Assembly: GCA_051362555.1 (NCBI GenBank)
Contig: CM120648.1
Span: 10,660,587-10,724,586 of the forward strand
From: Lingula anatina
Taxonomy: Eukaryota > Animalia > Brachiopoda
Reading direction: 5' to 3'
DNA: 64,000 nucleotides
The stretch's first letter is position 1. Every line of letters begins with the position of its first letter. The notes beneath the pieces are model-generated. The model made no database searches. It was not told where the DNA came from and worked only from the letters and a program-made list of their open reading frames with translations. The position numbers were made by a program, and so were the translations under genes. Below are positions 11,676-25,237 of this stretch, one piece after another.

Positions 11676-13529
11676 TAGTATTAGGAAAAAGGGCATCAAG
11701 TACTGCTTTGAACTATGTTCTTCTCCAACAACTATCCAAAGATGTAATCTCCACCAGGGGCCTTTCGGAAGGACCTGAAACTAGACAAATGAATATGCGA
11801 GTCATACTGCTACAAATATATGATCACGTACATCTTACTGCAAGGTAGTGATGTGAGTCGTAAGGCAAGGAGATCATGTGCGGCATACAACTAAGAATTA
11901 CTACCAGTGCCTTGTCCCATATGTGTAAAAAGTTAAACTCGACGCACCCAACCTCATTTATTAATTTATTTATTGGTAGAGTTAGGGCAGTTGCTTCCCA
12001 TATTTATTGTTTTGTTTTATTGCATTTCAGTAATTTGTTAAGTGACACAACTCAGGAGAAAATCTGAAACCCCTTTTTCGGGGGTAGGGGGTTATTAGTA
12101 GCGATTTAAGTCATATTATAGGGATTGGTGTCGTATATCCATGCCACGATGGCTTGCGCTAGTCATTTATTGGACATTGAGTAAGATATTATTTAGTTAA
12201 ATATTCTTTGGGACATGTCATTTGCCACTGAGACGGGCATTAAAAGCCACAAGGTCGCTTACGAAGACGCACGTGTCTTGAGTAAATTAAGTGACAGAAA
12301 TTGGCAGTCGCCTTCACATTGACCTGAAAACCTGCATCAGAATTGTTGGAGTATTTATTGGTGACACCGTAAATCTGAACAAATATGCAGTGCAATCCCA
12401 TGTCAGCCTTTTTTAAAAAAGACCAAATTTGCAAAATCCACACTTTCAGAGCTACAGGACCAAGAGTTACCGGTTTAATAAATTGGAATTCAAATGCTTA
12501 TGATGTACTTGCACAGGTAGCCACATGTATCCTACAGGTATGCTGATACACAACAAATATTGCTGTTTGCAAACTAAGTAGATAATGTCGAGAGGGAGTT
12601 ATCGGAAAGTTATGTACCAGATTGGATGTTATCTGGGGGTTATTCACCTATTACACATTCATTGATAGATATCTGATCATAGAATGCCTTTTGCAGGTAA
12701 ATATTTCCCAAAGCGTGGCCACCAACAACGCCACTGCCCACCCGCACTACGACAGAGACGGCAGTGTGTACAATATCGGAACCTGCTTCAGGGGAAGACC
12801 AAAGATAACGGTGGTGCGATGGAAGCCAGACCCTCAAGTTTTGTACACTGTCAAAGTTTTGCTTTAAAGATGGCTTTCAAGTGAGTACTTACATGTCTGA
12901 TTTTTGTCCACAAACCCGAACAAATGCCATCATGGTACAGATTTCAGAATAATTGTGAATATATACCGCCATTCGGTGCTATTAATTTATGGAAATCTTG
13001 TAATTCTCCGTACTGTTGATAATGTTTTATTGTAGATCTTTGAATCTCATATTTTGAATTTCTCTATTGGATACATGTATTGTGGAAGATCACAAGAAGT
13101 GTTATTATCACTTTTAGCACCATGTGAACTTTTCTACATTATCTCACTTTTGCATGCAGGGAAGACGCATCAGATCCAAAATGCTGAGTTGGTGGCAACC
13201 ATAGAGAACCCTACTACGTGTCCTATACTTATTGCCACAGCTTCGGCCTCACGGAGAATTACATTGTGGTCATAGAGCAACTGTTGTTCATTAACATTCT
13301 CTCCATACTGACCTCTAAGATACGGGGAGTGCCCTTCTCTGATTGTTTTTATTCAGACAAGAATTGCAAGGTAAAAAGATAATAATAAATACTGTATAGT
13401 ATAATATGTACACGTGCCAGGCTGCTACATATGGCATCGGTCTAAGTGACGGGCTAATTTTTCTCCCTGGCTGCGTAAAATGCCAACCAAAAGCCGAATT
13501 GTTGTCATCAGTGACGCCATCTTATATAT

Positions 13530-13530
13530 A

Positions 13531-13581
<51 letters not shown>
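13530..13581. repeat. (TG)n microsatellite
   Basis: Direct observation; an opposed (CA)n tract lies at ~13800-13832. Confidence 0.9.
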
Positions 13582-13585
<4 letters not shown>

Positions 13586-15318
13586 CAATCGGCAAACGGT
13601 TCATCAATTAGTATAGTGCTAAATTGTATTTCTTTAAACTTTATGTTTGAATTGAAATTATTTTGGTGGTTATTTCGATTCCTTTCCCAAGACATGAATC
13701 TTTTAATGGGTGGGTTGTTAAATTGTTGCCCAGACTAGGAACCTTCTGCATGGGGCTCTGGTGTAACAGGAATGGCAGACTTACATTATTACCTGCACGC
13801 ACACACACACGCACACATACACACACACACACTGTGATCATTTAAGACCTTAAAAATTGTTTTTTCACTTGTACACTACCCAATATATTACCCCATCTTA
13901 TTTGCCTTGTTTTACTTTCAAGTTGGTAAAGACGGATGTTCAAGCAAAGACCACCCAGGAGTGGACAGAGGAAGGTTGCTGCTTTACAGAACCCTGGTTT
14001 GTGCCTTCACCAAATAGTGACGGAGAAGATGATGGTAAGACGAACTCACTGGGGACTAATACACCAAATACTGCTGTAGTGTAAATTTCAAACTGCCACA
14101 CGTTATCACAATCACACAATATTACAATTGCGCCAGGACTTACCACCTATCATACATATTACAGTTTCAAAACCCGCCTGGACGGGATATTGATTCACGG
14201 GTCTTTAATTGTGCCATTGAAATATTATGAAACATTTAACTCTTGGGTTGATTTGCGAGTTTCTGTGCCATTGAGATATTATTTAACATTTAACCCAAGG
14301 GCATCTGTATTATAAATATCATGCAACACACATTTGCAGTGACATTAGGCATGGTAACAGTATGCGAATGTACTAAGTAAAGAATGGGAAATCAACTAAC
14401 GTCAGTAACGTACAGGTGGTATGAGTAAACAATGATGATGTGGATTTCTAAAGAGACATTTAATATTCGGAGTAATTTTTGGGTATTAGAATAAATCATA
14501 CTATAGTTGGTGTAGCTCGACTTCAATGCATTCTTGCTTGCCTTTGTAGGTGTTATATTATCGGCCGTCCATAATACCCGGATGAAAACATACCTGCTTG
14601 TCTTGGACGCCAAAACCTTCACTGAGCTGGGACGAGCAGAGTTTGATGTGGCGCCACCTACGGGTTTTCATGGACGTTTTCTTAACAGCGACTTGATTCA
14701 TGGTTTGGAAAAAGAGTAATATAAACAATAATGGCAATTCAAGCAATTTTGTTTAAGTAATGTGGATTTGATGAAAGGCTTCGGAAAGGACAAATTAAAA
14801 AAAAAAAAGAACTGAGCTGATTTAAGGATTCAAAGAGAACTTTTTGGGGAAAAGAGATAGGAGAACAGATTTCAAAAAAGGACACAGTTGGAACCTTCCT
14901 GGAATGCTTATCTACGAAACCATTTTTTTATATAAAATAAGTACATTTTGCAAAGTGCTTTATAGATATTTATTATCATTTAACATAACTATAAAATATT
15001 AAATGTCAAACTTTTAAAAGCAGATTAGCCCCAGGCCAATATGAATGCTGGTACATGTGCATGTGCATGTATCCATTTTACTTGAAGCATGTATGTATAC
15101 AATCAAACAAAATATTATGCTATAAACTATATTATGTTTTAGATTGTTCATGAGCTCACACACAAAAAAAAGAGAATACATTCCAATGTGAGCTGAAAGT
15201 GCAAAGTATTCTTACAAAGCCCAGAATACCCTTAAGATATATACAATGAGAGTAAAAAATTTGGTCGAGTCAAGATGGCCTTAATACGTGATAATAAAAC
15301 GATAACACAATGTTAGCA

Positions 15319-15790
15319 TTAGGGAAATAAACAGTTCACAGCATATAGCAAACGGCACACGTCACGCGTGGGTCTGCGTCTCCAATGATATTCTTCCAAA
15401 CTAAATTCTATCGCATGATACCCATTGCATATAAACAGGTTGCCATAGGACAAAAACAAAACTTGTTCCGCTGTTTGGATTTCACTGGCACCGCAGATGA
15501 ATGTCCGATTCTCCAAAGGGACGCAGGAACAGCGGCAACCAATGACAACCAATGACAACCTGTGCCTACGTTGTAGTTGCAATAATTCTTTCCAACTCCT
15601 TGAAGTCCATATCAGTATAAATGTTTGAGACGGTTAGATCTTGATTCATCTCTCTGTACAATACAGCCTTACAGTTGTGAGACACATCCTTTTCCTAAGA
15701 TCATTAAGCTAATTCCCTATAATTATTGCGTTGCAAAATGTATCTTGGGTTTTTTTTAATGCGTTTCAATTGGCAAGCATTAAATATAAT
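15319..15790 (-). mobile_element. Degenerate LINE 3' remnant (RT C-terminal tail)
   Basis: Homologous to 32758-33200; cysteine-containing tail residues partly preserved. Confidence 0.55.
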
Positions 15791-16949
15791 TATATAACTT
15801 ATAAATGCACTACGTTTAGTGACCTGTAGAGCCATAAGGCTTGCTTATTAAGTCATTTATAAACCTATAAATCATTTATAAAAATATATAAACACATGCC
15901 ACGTTAAAAATAAATACTACTATAAACGTAAACTGTTCCATTATACCTCTTGTAGAATTGTAGGCCTCTGATAGGCCAGATGCTGCACTATTTCAAATAT
16001 TACTCTTGAGTTTTGCACAATCGTATGTATACATTAAATTTATAAAAGTAGAAATTTAGATAATTTAAAACGTATCAATACGTCTACAGACTTTATAGAA
16101 ATGAAATTGATATTCTGAACATTTAACGTGATACATATAAGATCACATATAACAATAAATAAATGCTATGTAAAATGTATAAATATATTTACACTGAACT
16201 CAGTAAGATTTCATTACACAATATACTAAATCATTTTTTCTTTTACATTATAAATTACGATCGAAACTTTTAAGTTTTGTTTAAAAGCTTTGCTTTATGG
16301 GGAAAACAGTATTGCTCCCATCCTCTTGATTAGAATACAATCAGTTGTTGCACAAGTAGCAGTATATTGGAATGTATTCAGTGGAATGTATTGCCTATGT
16401 TGTATTCCTCTTACTGCATACAAATTACATTATGTTAGTGTTATAAATAACTGCCACACCATCACATGTACAATTATAAATATTTACTAAAAGCATACAA
16501 GCTAGTGACGGAATGTATGGCAGATTGGTCACTGAATAACGTTTACATCAGCAGCAACTTTGATAACCAAAGATCCATATGCATAGTGCTCAAATACCCA
16601 TATATGTAACTTCTTAAATACCTTCTTAGAAAAAAGTCTAGTATATAAAATAGTTAACGGATTCAAAATGATTACTTTGGGGCATTTGGAGTTCATTTTA
16701 TTTTACACTCGCAAAAATGGAATGTCATGTCCATTCTAAACGTATTATCCGGTCAGAATAACGTTTACATCAGCAGCAACTTTGATAACCAAAGATCCAT
16801 ATGCATAGTGTCAAAATACCCATATATGTACCTTCTGTAGTACCCTCTTACATCAATGTCTAGCATTTGGAGTTCATAATACACCCAATATCTTACACTC
16901 GCCAAAATTAAATGGCATGGACTACAGGTACACATAGTGTTTCAGTGTT

Positions 16950-17318
16950 TTACATCTCTGTACACTCCACAGACTCCCGAGGACTGGCAATTCCGAACTC
17001 CGTCACCACTGCCAGGTAAGGGGAAACTTGGCGAAGTGCTCGCAGAAATTCTGCAAACGCGGCGCGACGCAGTCCCTCCGGCTGAGTGTCCAAGTAGGAC
17101 AAGACGCACTGCAGTATGACAGACATCTTGCGCATAGGGTTCGTGATGAAAATGATCCTATAACGTTCTTTTTCGGACAGGATGAACTCCCTTTGAAGTA
17201 GATTAGCTAAAGTCTGGCCTTTGTTCCGGTCAGTGAGACCCGTCTTTAGAGTTTTATACATTTGACGAATCCGCTGGTGTTCTCTAGATTTAGTATCCAG
17301 GATCAGTGCTTTAGCCAT
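16950..17318 (-). CDS. CARD-like death-fold-only protein A (122 aa), C-terminus SVECTEM
   Basis: Intact ORF with AAAATGG start and an acceptor TTGCAG at 17358-57 just upstream. Helical pattern L..L....IL.E.E...I....P..KM..L...V......F..FL.AL....PYL is typical of CARDs. 75/122 ungapped identity to the paralog at 34804-35172. The fold assignment is by eye. Confidence 0.75.
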   Translation of the reverse strand: MAKALILDTKSREHQRIRQMYKTLKTGLTDRNKGQTLANLLQREFILSEKERYRIIFITNPMRKMSVILQCVLSYLDTQPEGLRRAAFAEFLRALRQVSPYLAVVTEFGIASPRESVECTEM

Positions 17319-17963
17319 TTTTAGCTAATTAAGGGCAGACTGGAACTGGATATTTACTGCAATAAAAGATGAATAGCTATCAAATAAAAAATAATGAATA
17401 AAGAATATAAATAAAATACCAGTGTTATAATTAGATTAATATATGATTAAGGCAGTTAGGGTTAAGAACAGAGGAATAGGTCCAAATTTTTGAGAAACTG
17501 ACCCAAGATATAAGTTTTAAAGAAAAAGATCCTGAAAGTGATAATAGGTCTTCGTTTTGGCCAAAATTTTTTTTTTTTCTGGAGTAAATAACGTTTTCCC
17601 CATACTTACCAATGGTTAATGGATCCATTTTTATATTCAATTGTAGTCCCTTTTTTAAATTTTTTTTCTAAAGAGATTATAACAGCTAGAGTATAGCCAT
17701 CAATGGGGGTCACATGGTCTACAGACAAGCTCAGATGTATCAGAAATATGGCTATTACTGACATTTTGTGGTAAAACAGAATATATAATATTTCTATGAA
17801 TTGCTAACATTGCTTTTATTGCGAAATATAGATCTTCTACGAATAGCTATTATCCCTTTAACTTTGTTTCACCAAACATTTCCCATACAATCAGTGTGTT
17901 AAGGCAAGTTTCTTGCAGAGAACATAGTGTATATAGCCTACACATAAAGATTATGATGTGAAA

Positions 17964-17974
17964 GGGGAATCCCC
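17964..17974. promoter_or_regulatory. NF-kB (Rel) site GGGGAATCCCC upstream of CARD-like gene A
   Basis: Matches GGGRNWYYCC; positionally conserved with 35742-35752; TATATAC on the - strand at 17935-17929. Confidence 0.6.
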
Positions 17975-19777
17975 TATTAGCATATTCTGCACGACGTCAC
18001 GGCACTTGTCACCATGTGAGATTGCAAGGTTTGCAAGTCGGCGCAAAAACTCTCACAGATCAGGACTGTGCACAGTATTAGCTGCAACAACTATGCTTAG
18101 CCATAACAGGATAAATACCCCCAAATATTTGTGCATGCCACTGAAGATAATATATATTTACATGTACATAAACCGTAACGTACATACGGTACCTTATGAT
18201 CGACAACATCAATAAAACAGCGCCGATACATGCACGCTGTTATACTCAATTTTTACTTCAAACAACTGCACGTTGTGGCAAAAACGTTGACCACGCTTTC
18301 CCTTAATGGTACTGAAAATTGCACTGCTTTCGAAAACATTCACAAACTTTCTTCGACATACCACACACCAGCTGCCCTGCATGTGATATCCAGAGGCCCA
18401 GAAGTGATCTATAAATAGTAACACTGGGAGACTTCGTTAACGTTATCAATTATTACCTGGTACACTTGGCCAAAAACAGTTTGGCAACTATAGATAGGCA
18501 TCTTAAACAGGCCCTTGGGCGGACGATTATGTATAATGTGTTTCAATTTGTTATTCTCTGGACAAACAGCGTTAGAACCACGAGACGCTGTGGCCTATGG
18601 GCCAGTCAACTGAAGCCTCCCCCCATGGTTTCCTCGGTTTCCTGTAGTAGTTTCGTCACGTGATTATAAGCTGCGTCATAAACGCACGTAATCATCAGGT
18701 CTTAGACACTCAATAAAATAAGAGTAGAGAAGGCTGAACTGCATGGAGTTGGACACTTTCCGTTGCCCTGGGATGCATTAAACAAAAGGGTCTAATGTTC
18801 ATGAATATGTTTGCATTTCCAAAGGACCCAGGTTTGGACAGTTAAATTGAAAAAAAAAAAAAACAATTACTCGAGCCTGCGTTCTGATCACTGAACGATC
18901 AGCGTACCTGTAACAGTGGTATACCCTGAGCTTTTGTTACGCCTGGGTATAAAAAATGCGTTAAAGACTGCGTTCCCATACTTAGATCAATCCATATGGA
19001 TCGACCTAACTCCCTGGGGGCTCACGCTAAAATGTTATCAGCTGAAGAGGCTTGAATTAACTTGTCAGTTTTCCCCGTAAATTTAGCAACAGGTGTCGAT
19101 GTTATAATTCAGGGCTCGACATACTTGTACCTGCTGGCATTGCATGCTAGCTAACACAAGTGATTTTCCTCTGGGTCAGTTGAGTAGCCCCTCCGTGTAA
19201 TATTCGAAAAAAAAATATTCATACAACCCCACCATTAAATTAATTAAGGGATAAGAACTCTTTGTATGAAATCTATATTTCACAATAAAAACATTGTGAA
19301 TAACTCATAGAAATATTATACATTCTGTTTTACCACAAAATCGTTACAGCTATTATTCTGATATCTGAGCTTGTAGTTAGGGATTATAACAAAAAATCAA
19401 ACTTTTTTTAGAAAAAAAGGGACTAACTTTGAATGTAAAATAGATTCATTAAGCATTGGTAAGTAAAAACAATAAAACAATAAAAAATCTCACAAATTCA
19501 ATCTTAAACTGTTAAATAATTAAGAAACTATTGACTTTGCTTTAACAATGAACTGTAGCTCTGTTGCGCGAAAAGGATTGTGGTCTACATAAGGGTCCAG
19601 CTTGCCCAGAGTCAAGGGAACCAACTAGCCGCGGGTGCACATTTTTTATTTAAAAAATTGCAGCCATTATTGGTGCTAAACTGAACAACCATGAAACATT
19701 TCTGTGAAACTTGAAACAATGAGCTTCAGTTTGGTGCCCTAAACATATACCATATTAAATCAAAAGCCCATGAAAAA

Positions 19778-19808
<31 letters not shown>

Positions 19809-20347
19809 TATTTAATAAAAGTACTATAAGATGCATCATTCTTTCATTTGGACTCACTGCTTAAGTAAAATCGGTATTATTGGGTACAGTCGATACAGTC
19901 GATTTACAAAATGATGTGATCAATTTTTTTTATTCCAGTTTATTTTTTCATAAATTGATGGGGGAGGGGGACTTTCCCCGGTCTCCCGTAATTAAGTATC
20001 GATCATTCAACATCAAGCTAAGCCTAAGGTTGACCGGTTCTATTTCCCAATGCTCAAACTTTTTTACCCCGAAATATATCTATTTTTGTCTTTCTTACTA
20101 TTATAGTAAAATTCCTAATGATGTAATAAAGATAAAAGCCCACCTTAAAGAAGCAATTTCGATGTTCTTTTTTTATAGCCATCTTGTTGTGGTGGTCACG
20201 TGACACTGGTTTAGAAATTAGGAACCGAGCCAAGAAGTGCTCTCTCTTGGTCACTGACCTGAGACAGGGCGCAGAAAAGGAGTCCAGAAACCTTTTTTTT
20301 TTTATTATAAAAGCATATTTGGGTCGATACATCTAAACTGATACTAG

Positions 20348-20589
20348 CAGGGGCAGACCCAAGATTATTTGAAGGGTGGGGGGGGGGGGGGGGTTCGCGG
20401 ATGCGAAGCCGTGTCTCACCCGTGGGGTTCGTAGCCCGCAAACAGGCACCAATTTTTTTTTGATATTTTAGAGGGCGAACGGTGCCATTTGGCAATATTT
20501 AGAACTATGATCCAGCTAGAGAAATTTCTTATTTCTTTATTTCAGCAGGGGTTTAAGGACCCCCCGACGCCCCTCTAAATCCGCCACTG
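20348..20589. mobile_element. MITE-like element (CAGGGGC...GCCACTG termini)
   Basis: Imperfect TIRs and an internal poly-G. Similar right ends occur near 20910 and 22615. Confidence 0.5.
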
Positions 20590-21976
20590 TACATGTATAT
20601 TAACATAAGTAGTAAGTAAAATTATATCACGGATGAGGGGTCCACATTTTTATATTAATTAAGAAAAAATTAATCCACTTGGAGAGAAATTTCACTTGCC
20701 CCCTCTGCTGGCTGCCTTTAAGACTGACGTGGTGGAAAACTATATATATAGACTTGTGCACTGTTAATGGATTGGCCATTGCTTTAGTGGTCAGTAGAGC
20801 AAACTACACGTAGGCTACATTTCTGAGGATTTTACGTAGACTACATATTGTTCGTAAATCTTGAAAAATTAAAAAGTGAGAGAAATCGAACCTGGTCTCT
20901 TTTTAAATCCGCCACTGATATTTAATATCGTTTTTTAATAGGCCAGCGAACTTTAGATAAATGACCTTCAAATCATTGTTTAAAAATTCAGACATAATCT
21001 TAGTCAAAAGGGAACCTACAAAAATGGACTTTGTGATAACATAAGCGTAACGCCACTCTTAAACGTTTTCTTTATTATTTTATTGAGACAAAAAGGATGA
21101 ATTCAGTCCAAAATATATCAGTATAATCGCGTCATTAAAATTTCAGAAAGGTGTTTTTGTTTAAATTTCAGAAACGTTTTTTTTTTGCCACAACGTTCAA
21201 GATGGCAATCAAAAACAGACTCGGTGTTAATTTTTTTTTACCAATCAAATCGCGCTTGATTTAGAGAATCAACTAATCAAAGGCGAACTGTTTCTGATTC
21301 CTCGACGGGGGTAACTGACCATTGTCCAAGATGAGCTTGTCGTACAGGAAATAAGAAACTTCTCTCCATTAACGGTGACCCACTACGAAGCCCCTAAACC
21401 ATTATTATTGTTACTCCACCGGCTAAAGCCGCGCCCGCACTTGTTGCCATGCACTGTGTGCATTTTCTTCTTCATCTGCCAGTCAATCGACATATCGGAA
21501 CTCACGATGTTCTGCAGCCATTAGATTTCGTATATGTCGCTGCCCTGCTAGAGCTGCGCTTTGAGATTCGATCCCCAATAAGGGTTGGTCAGTGTCTTGC
21601 ACTAGCAGGATGGGCCCGCTGATGTCACTGGCGGTTGGGTGAAAGGGGGCGGAGTGGGCTTTATGGTGGGTATAATAGTAAAATTAATAGTATATTTTAC
21701 CAATACATCAAAGTTTTGGAGCACATTTTTTTAAATACCCTTTATGTATCTCAAATGCAGAGTTTAAATCTGTGCTAACCAAGTCAGTGTTCTTGTACTG
21801 TACAATACGACGTACTCTTGTCACGCGTATTACAGACGTCATATGTTGGTTCAGGAATAATTTCTGCATTCGTGCATACCGCGTTTTATCTTGTAATTTG
21901 GACTTTGTATAGCTGACAGCATATTGAGCTAGCAACAGTATACCAATGGTTTCGGTTTCTCTCTCTCTCGCGAGTC

Positions 21977-22037
21977 CACGCAGTCCATCATGCTGATTGT
22001 CCAAGTAGGACAAGACGCACCTCAATATAACAGACAT
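21977..22037 (-). pseudogene. Fragment of a third CARD-like gene
   Basis: Translates to MSVILRCVLSYLDNQHDGLR versus MSVILQCVLSYLDTQPEGLR in protein A; the flanks are unrelated. Confidence 0.75.
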
Positions 22038-22901
22038 GTAAGATTGCACTCAGTATGCACATGTAATAATTGCACACGAACATGTAGCCAAACGTTGACA
22101 TTTTTTGCCGCACCTGCCTTAATTTGTAACATTAATGTAAAACTTTTGCTTTCTTCGCTATTCCCTATACCAGGTGCTCTGCATGCGTATTTCATGCACG
22201 TATTTCGGATAATTTGCAAATTGGCATTTTTTGCGCTTGAAACAAAACAGAGATCTGTTAAATTTGACTTACCTTATTTAGTTCTTCCTCTCAGCTCAAA
22301 AATTAAGCAAATGCCGTAGCATTGTGTTAAGCATCGATCATAGTGTAAGCCAAAGGTAAATATACACGAAGTCAGTTTTCTATTTACTGTCAGACACCGA
22401 CTGATAAGATGTTGATAGTAATATGTATAAAGTACCGGTAATAAAAACATCACTAAACTTGTGTCAGCGACGGTTTACCCAACCCCTCCTCTCCCGTTTT
22501 TGGTACGATTTGGAACTATTCAGCTAGTCAAAATTCTAATTTCAAGAAGGACCAATTAATGTGATATTTTCAGAAATCAAAAAGGGGCCAGGACCCCCCT
22601 GACACTCCCTAAGTCTGCCACTGATTTGCCAATGATATATGTTATATTCAGGGTTATTCTCTTCTGTTCTGTCTACCCTTTTATTGGTTTTTAGGAATTT
22701 TGATTAAATTGTGTTGCGTTTTTGTCGATTAAATTTCACCTCCAGTTGTACCCAGTACTTTGAAATGAACATTTTTCATCCATACATGGTATTTCAGACA
22801 AATGAATAATTTACTACATTTATAGATTTATTCATTTAATTATTTATTCCTATTCCTGAATGTACAAATACAGTGCTTACACAGTCTAGTTTTCACATTC
22901 C

Positions 22902-22935
<34 letters not shown>

Positions 22936-23002
22936 CCAGTCTCTCTCTCTTTAGGTGCAAAACTGCAGAACAGCAATATTCACCCAAACATAACAGTTTA
23001 AG

Positions 23003-23198
23003 CAGACCCGTTGCCGGGGGGGGGGGGGGGGGGGGGGGTCGGGGGGGGGGGGTCGGGGGTTCGAAAGAACTGCCCCTTTTGCTGGGAAAAGGTCCACTCT
23101 GGGTAAAATTTGATCTAGGTACATTAAGTTTTTTATGGAAAAAGGTCCACTTTTTCAGAAATAGAACCACCCTTTTGGAAATGCTGGCTACGGGCCTG
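23003..23198. mobile_element. MITE (CAGGCCCGTAGCCAG family)
   Basis: Homologous to 23997-24170; absent at the equivalent site near 45485. Confidence 0.75.
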
Positions 23199-23996
23199 CA
23201 AAGCCTACAGTACCCGTTCAACTAATTAACTTTTGCACCTCGTGATACTTTCTTTCCTTCAAACAACCCGAGCGACAACTGAGATATACAGTTGTACCAA
23301 CTAGCTATTTATATGATTCGTTCTTAGATTGCACTTTTCGCTCCATTTTCTTTTAGTTGCGTGTGTGTGTATATTTGTGTGTCAATAATAGCTTAGGGAA
23401 ATGCTCCACACAAAACATCTATTGACCGATATTCATTATCGCATTCATGCCACTTACGGGTAATGAAGTAACTATTGAATGTACAAATATAGTGTTTACA
23501 AAACCTAGTACATGTATTTTATTCAGAGGCATTAAACGCCGGCAGTTTATTACAGAAATGTCGGCTCAGTAACTAACGTACCGGGTACTTTCGGCTCTAC
23601 CATACCTAAGACTATACGTTAGACCTGTGCAGTAGAACTTGGAGTAGCGGAATGATGAAATCCACAGTGTTATAGAGTTTGACGACATTAAATGGATTTA
23701 TTAGGATAGGAATTCACGCTATTTTCTGATTATTTGATCTGCACAGAGGGACTATAAATGGCGTCCCAGGTCTTTTACCCGAGCCGATAGAGTGTAGTCA
23801 TGAAGGATTTAAAAAAGAAATTGTTTACAAATGGACTCATCAACAGGCGTGTACAGCTGCTTTAAACGTCATCTAGATTTACTGTTGCTTCAAATATTTA
23901 ACCAGAGAGACAAAACTGCATGATGAAGGTATTCACGTTGAGGAGACATTTCAAAACAAACATGGATCCCCACGTAGCTACCGGTACATGTACTGG

Positions 23997-24170
23997 CAGG
24001 CCCGTAGCCAGGGAGGGGTTGGGGGGGGAAGGTTCGAAAGAACCGCCCCTTTTGGTGGGAAGAGGTCCCCTCCGAGTGAACTTTGATCTAGGTACATGAA
24101 GTTTTTTTGGGAAAAGGTCCACTTATTCAGAAAAAGAACTCCCCTTTTGAAATTACTGGCTACGGGCCTG
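23997..24170. mobile_element. MITE with 15-bp TIR CAGGCCCGTAGCCAG and 6-bp TSD TACTGG
   Basis: Perfect TIRs and TSD are visible; duplicated at 46081-46259. Confidence 0.88.
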
Positions 24171-24672
24171 TACTGGTGTTAAAAAGTTTAAAAGCGTAAC
24201 AGTTTAACCCTGGTATTATAGTATATATATAGCGGGTTAAGTATATACTGAATATCGGTGCTATGTACTTGTAGGGAACTACGACTGCGATAGGGTGGTA
24301 GAAAGCAGGGAGATCCAGTGTGAGAGGTTAGTTGAAAATGTTTGCCTTTTGTACGAGAGATAATTGAAAAGATTTCGAACTTAACCCCAGTAATCAGTAA
24401 GTGAGGAGAATATGATGGTTTTCTGTCTGGTCTCAAGATCTTCATGCCCAAATGTTCACATCCCTTTTCGTGGCATTTTTACCTTACATTTATTGCGTGA
24501 CTATCCATTACATATGCCCTTTATTATGTCATTCTATATCTAACTTATTCTTATACCTCAATTAAAAACTTAATTCTTATCATGAGCCTACAACATCATA
24601 ATCAACTTCATCCAACATGATCGAGTGACACATTTAAACAACAAGGTACTGTATAATAAATAAATAAATAGA

Positions 24673-24707
<35 letters not shown>

Positions 24708-25237
24708 ATTAATTAATTAATAAGTAAACGCCTCTGAGATCGACGCCGGCGTTTGATCCTTTTCAGGAGGGCGTGATTCATATAGGTCGATAGTCTGGCG
24801 TGAATGGTGGCAAAAACCGGGTGACGTGCCCTTTCGTATACCACGGGGTTTTCGTCAAAAGTTGCATGGTAGGTCTCTTTGGAGGTGTGGTGGCTGATGC
24901 ATTCGCGGTTAATATGGCGGGACTCCCCTATCATGAGGGAATTTGGTGCCTTTTTTTTTTTCTTTTGCATGTCTATCTAAAGCCTAGCTATATTTGCACG
25001 GGCGCCGTGCGATTAAATTGTACGTACGATTTTTTTTTTTTTTTTTTTTTTGAAAGAGTAAGGAGCTACGGGCTACGTGACCATGGCACTTTCAGAATGT
25101 GGCTTGATTATTTTTGTTGTGAGATCGCAAGCGTACTAGTCGGAATTATCTTAGTGGGTCAAGGCTAATCAGAGCAACAATATAATTTAAATGGAGTTTT
25201 AAAGCCAAGTTGTTGTTAATGTAAATTGCGATTCAAG

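Larger units (their letters stand above)
7075..14719 (+). pseudogene. Carotenoid oxygenase (BCO/RPE65 family) copy 1, pseudogene
   Basis: Exons 7075-7143, 8767-9026, 9294-9441, 12697-12838, 13160-13370, 13923-14034 and 14550-14719 match copies 2/3. Lesions: TAG at 7105-7107 plus a 5-bp CTGAA duplication; +1 frameshift in exon 2 (~8830); altered exon-4 donor; 1-bp deletion in exon 5 (~13211); exons 6-9 absent. Confidence 0.92.

Noticed and set aside
13406-13845. VCVC/HTHT ORFs
   Set aside because: Microsatellite translations.
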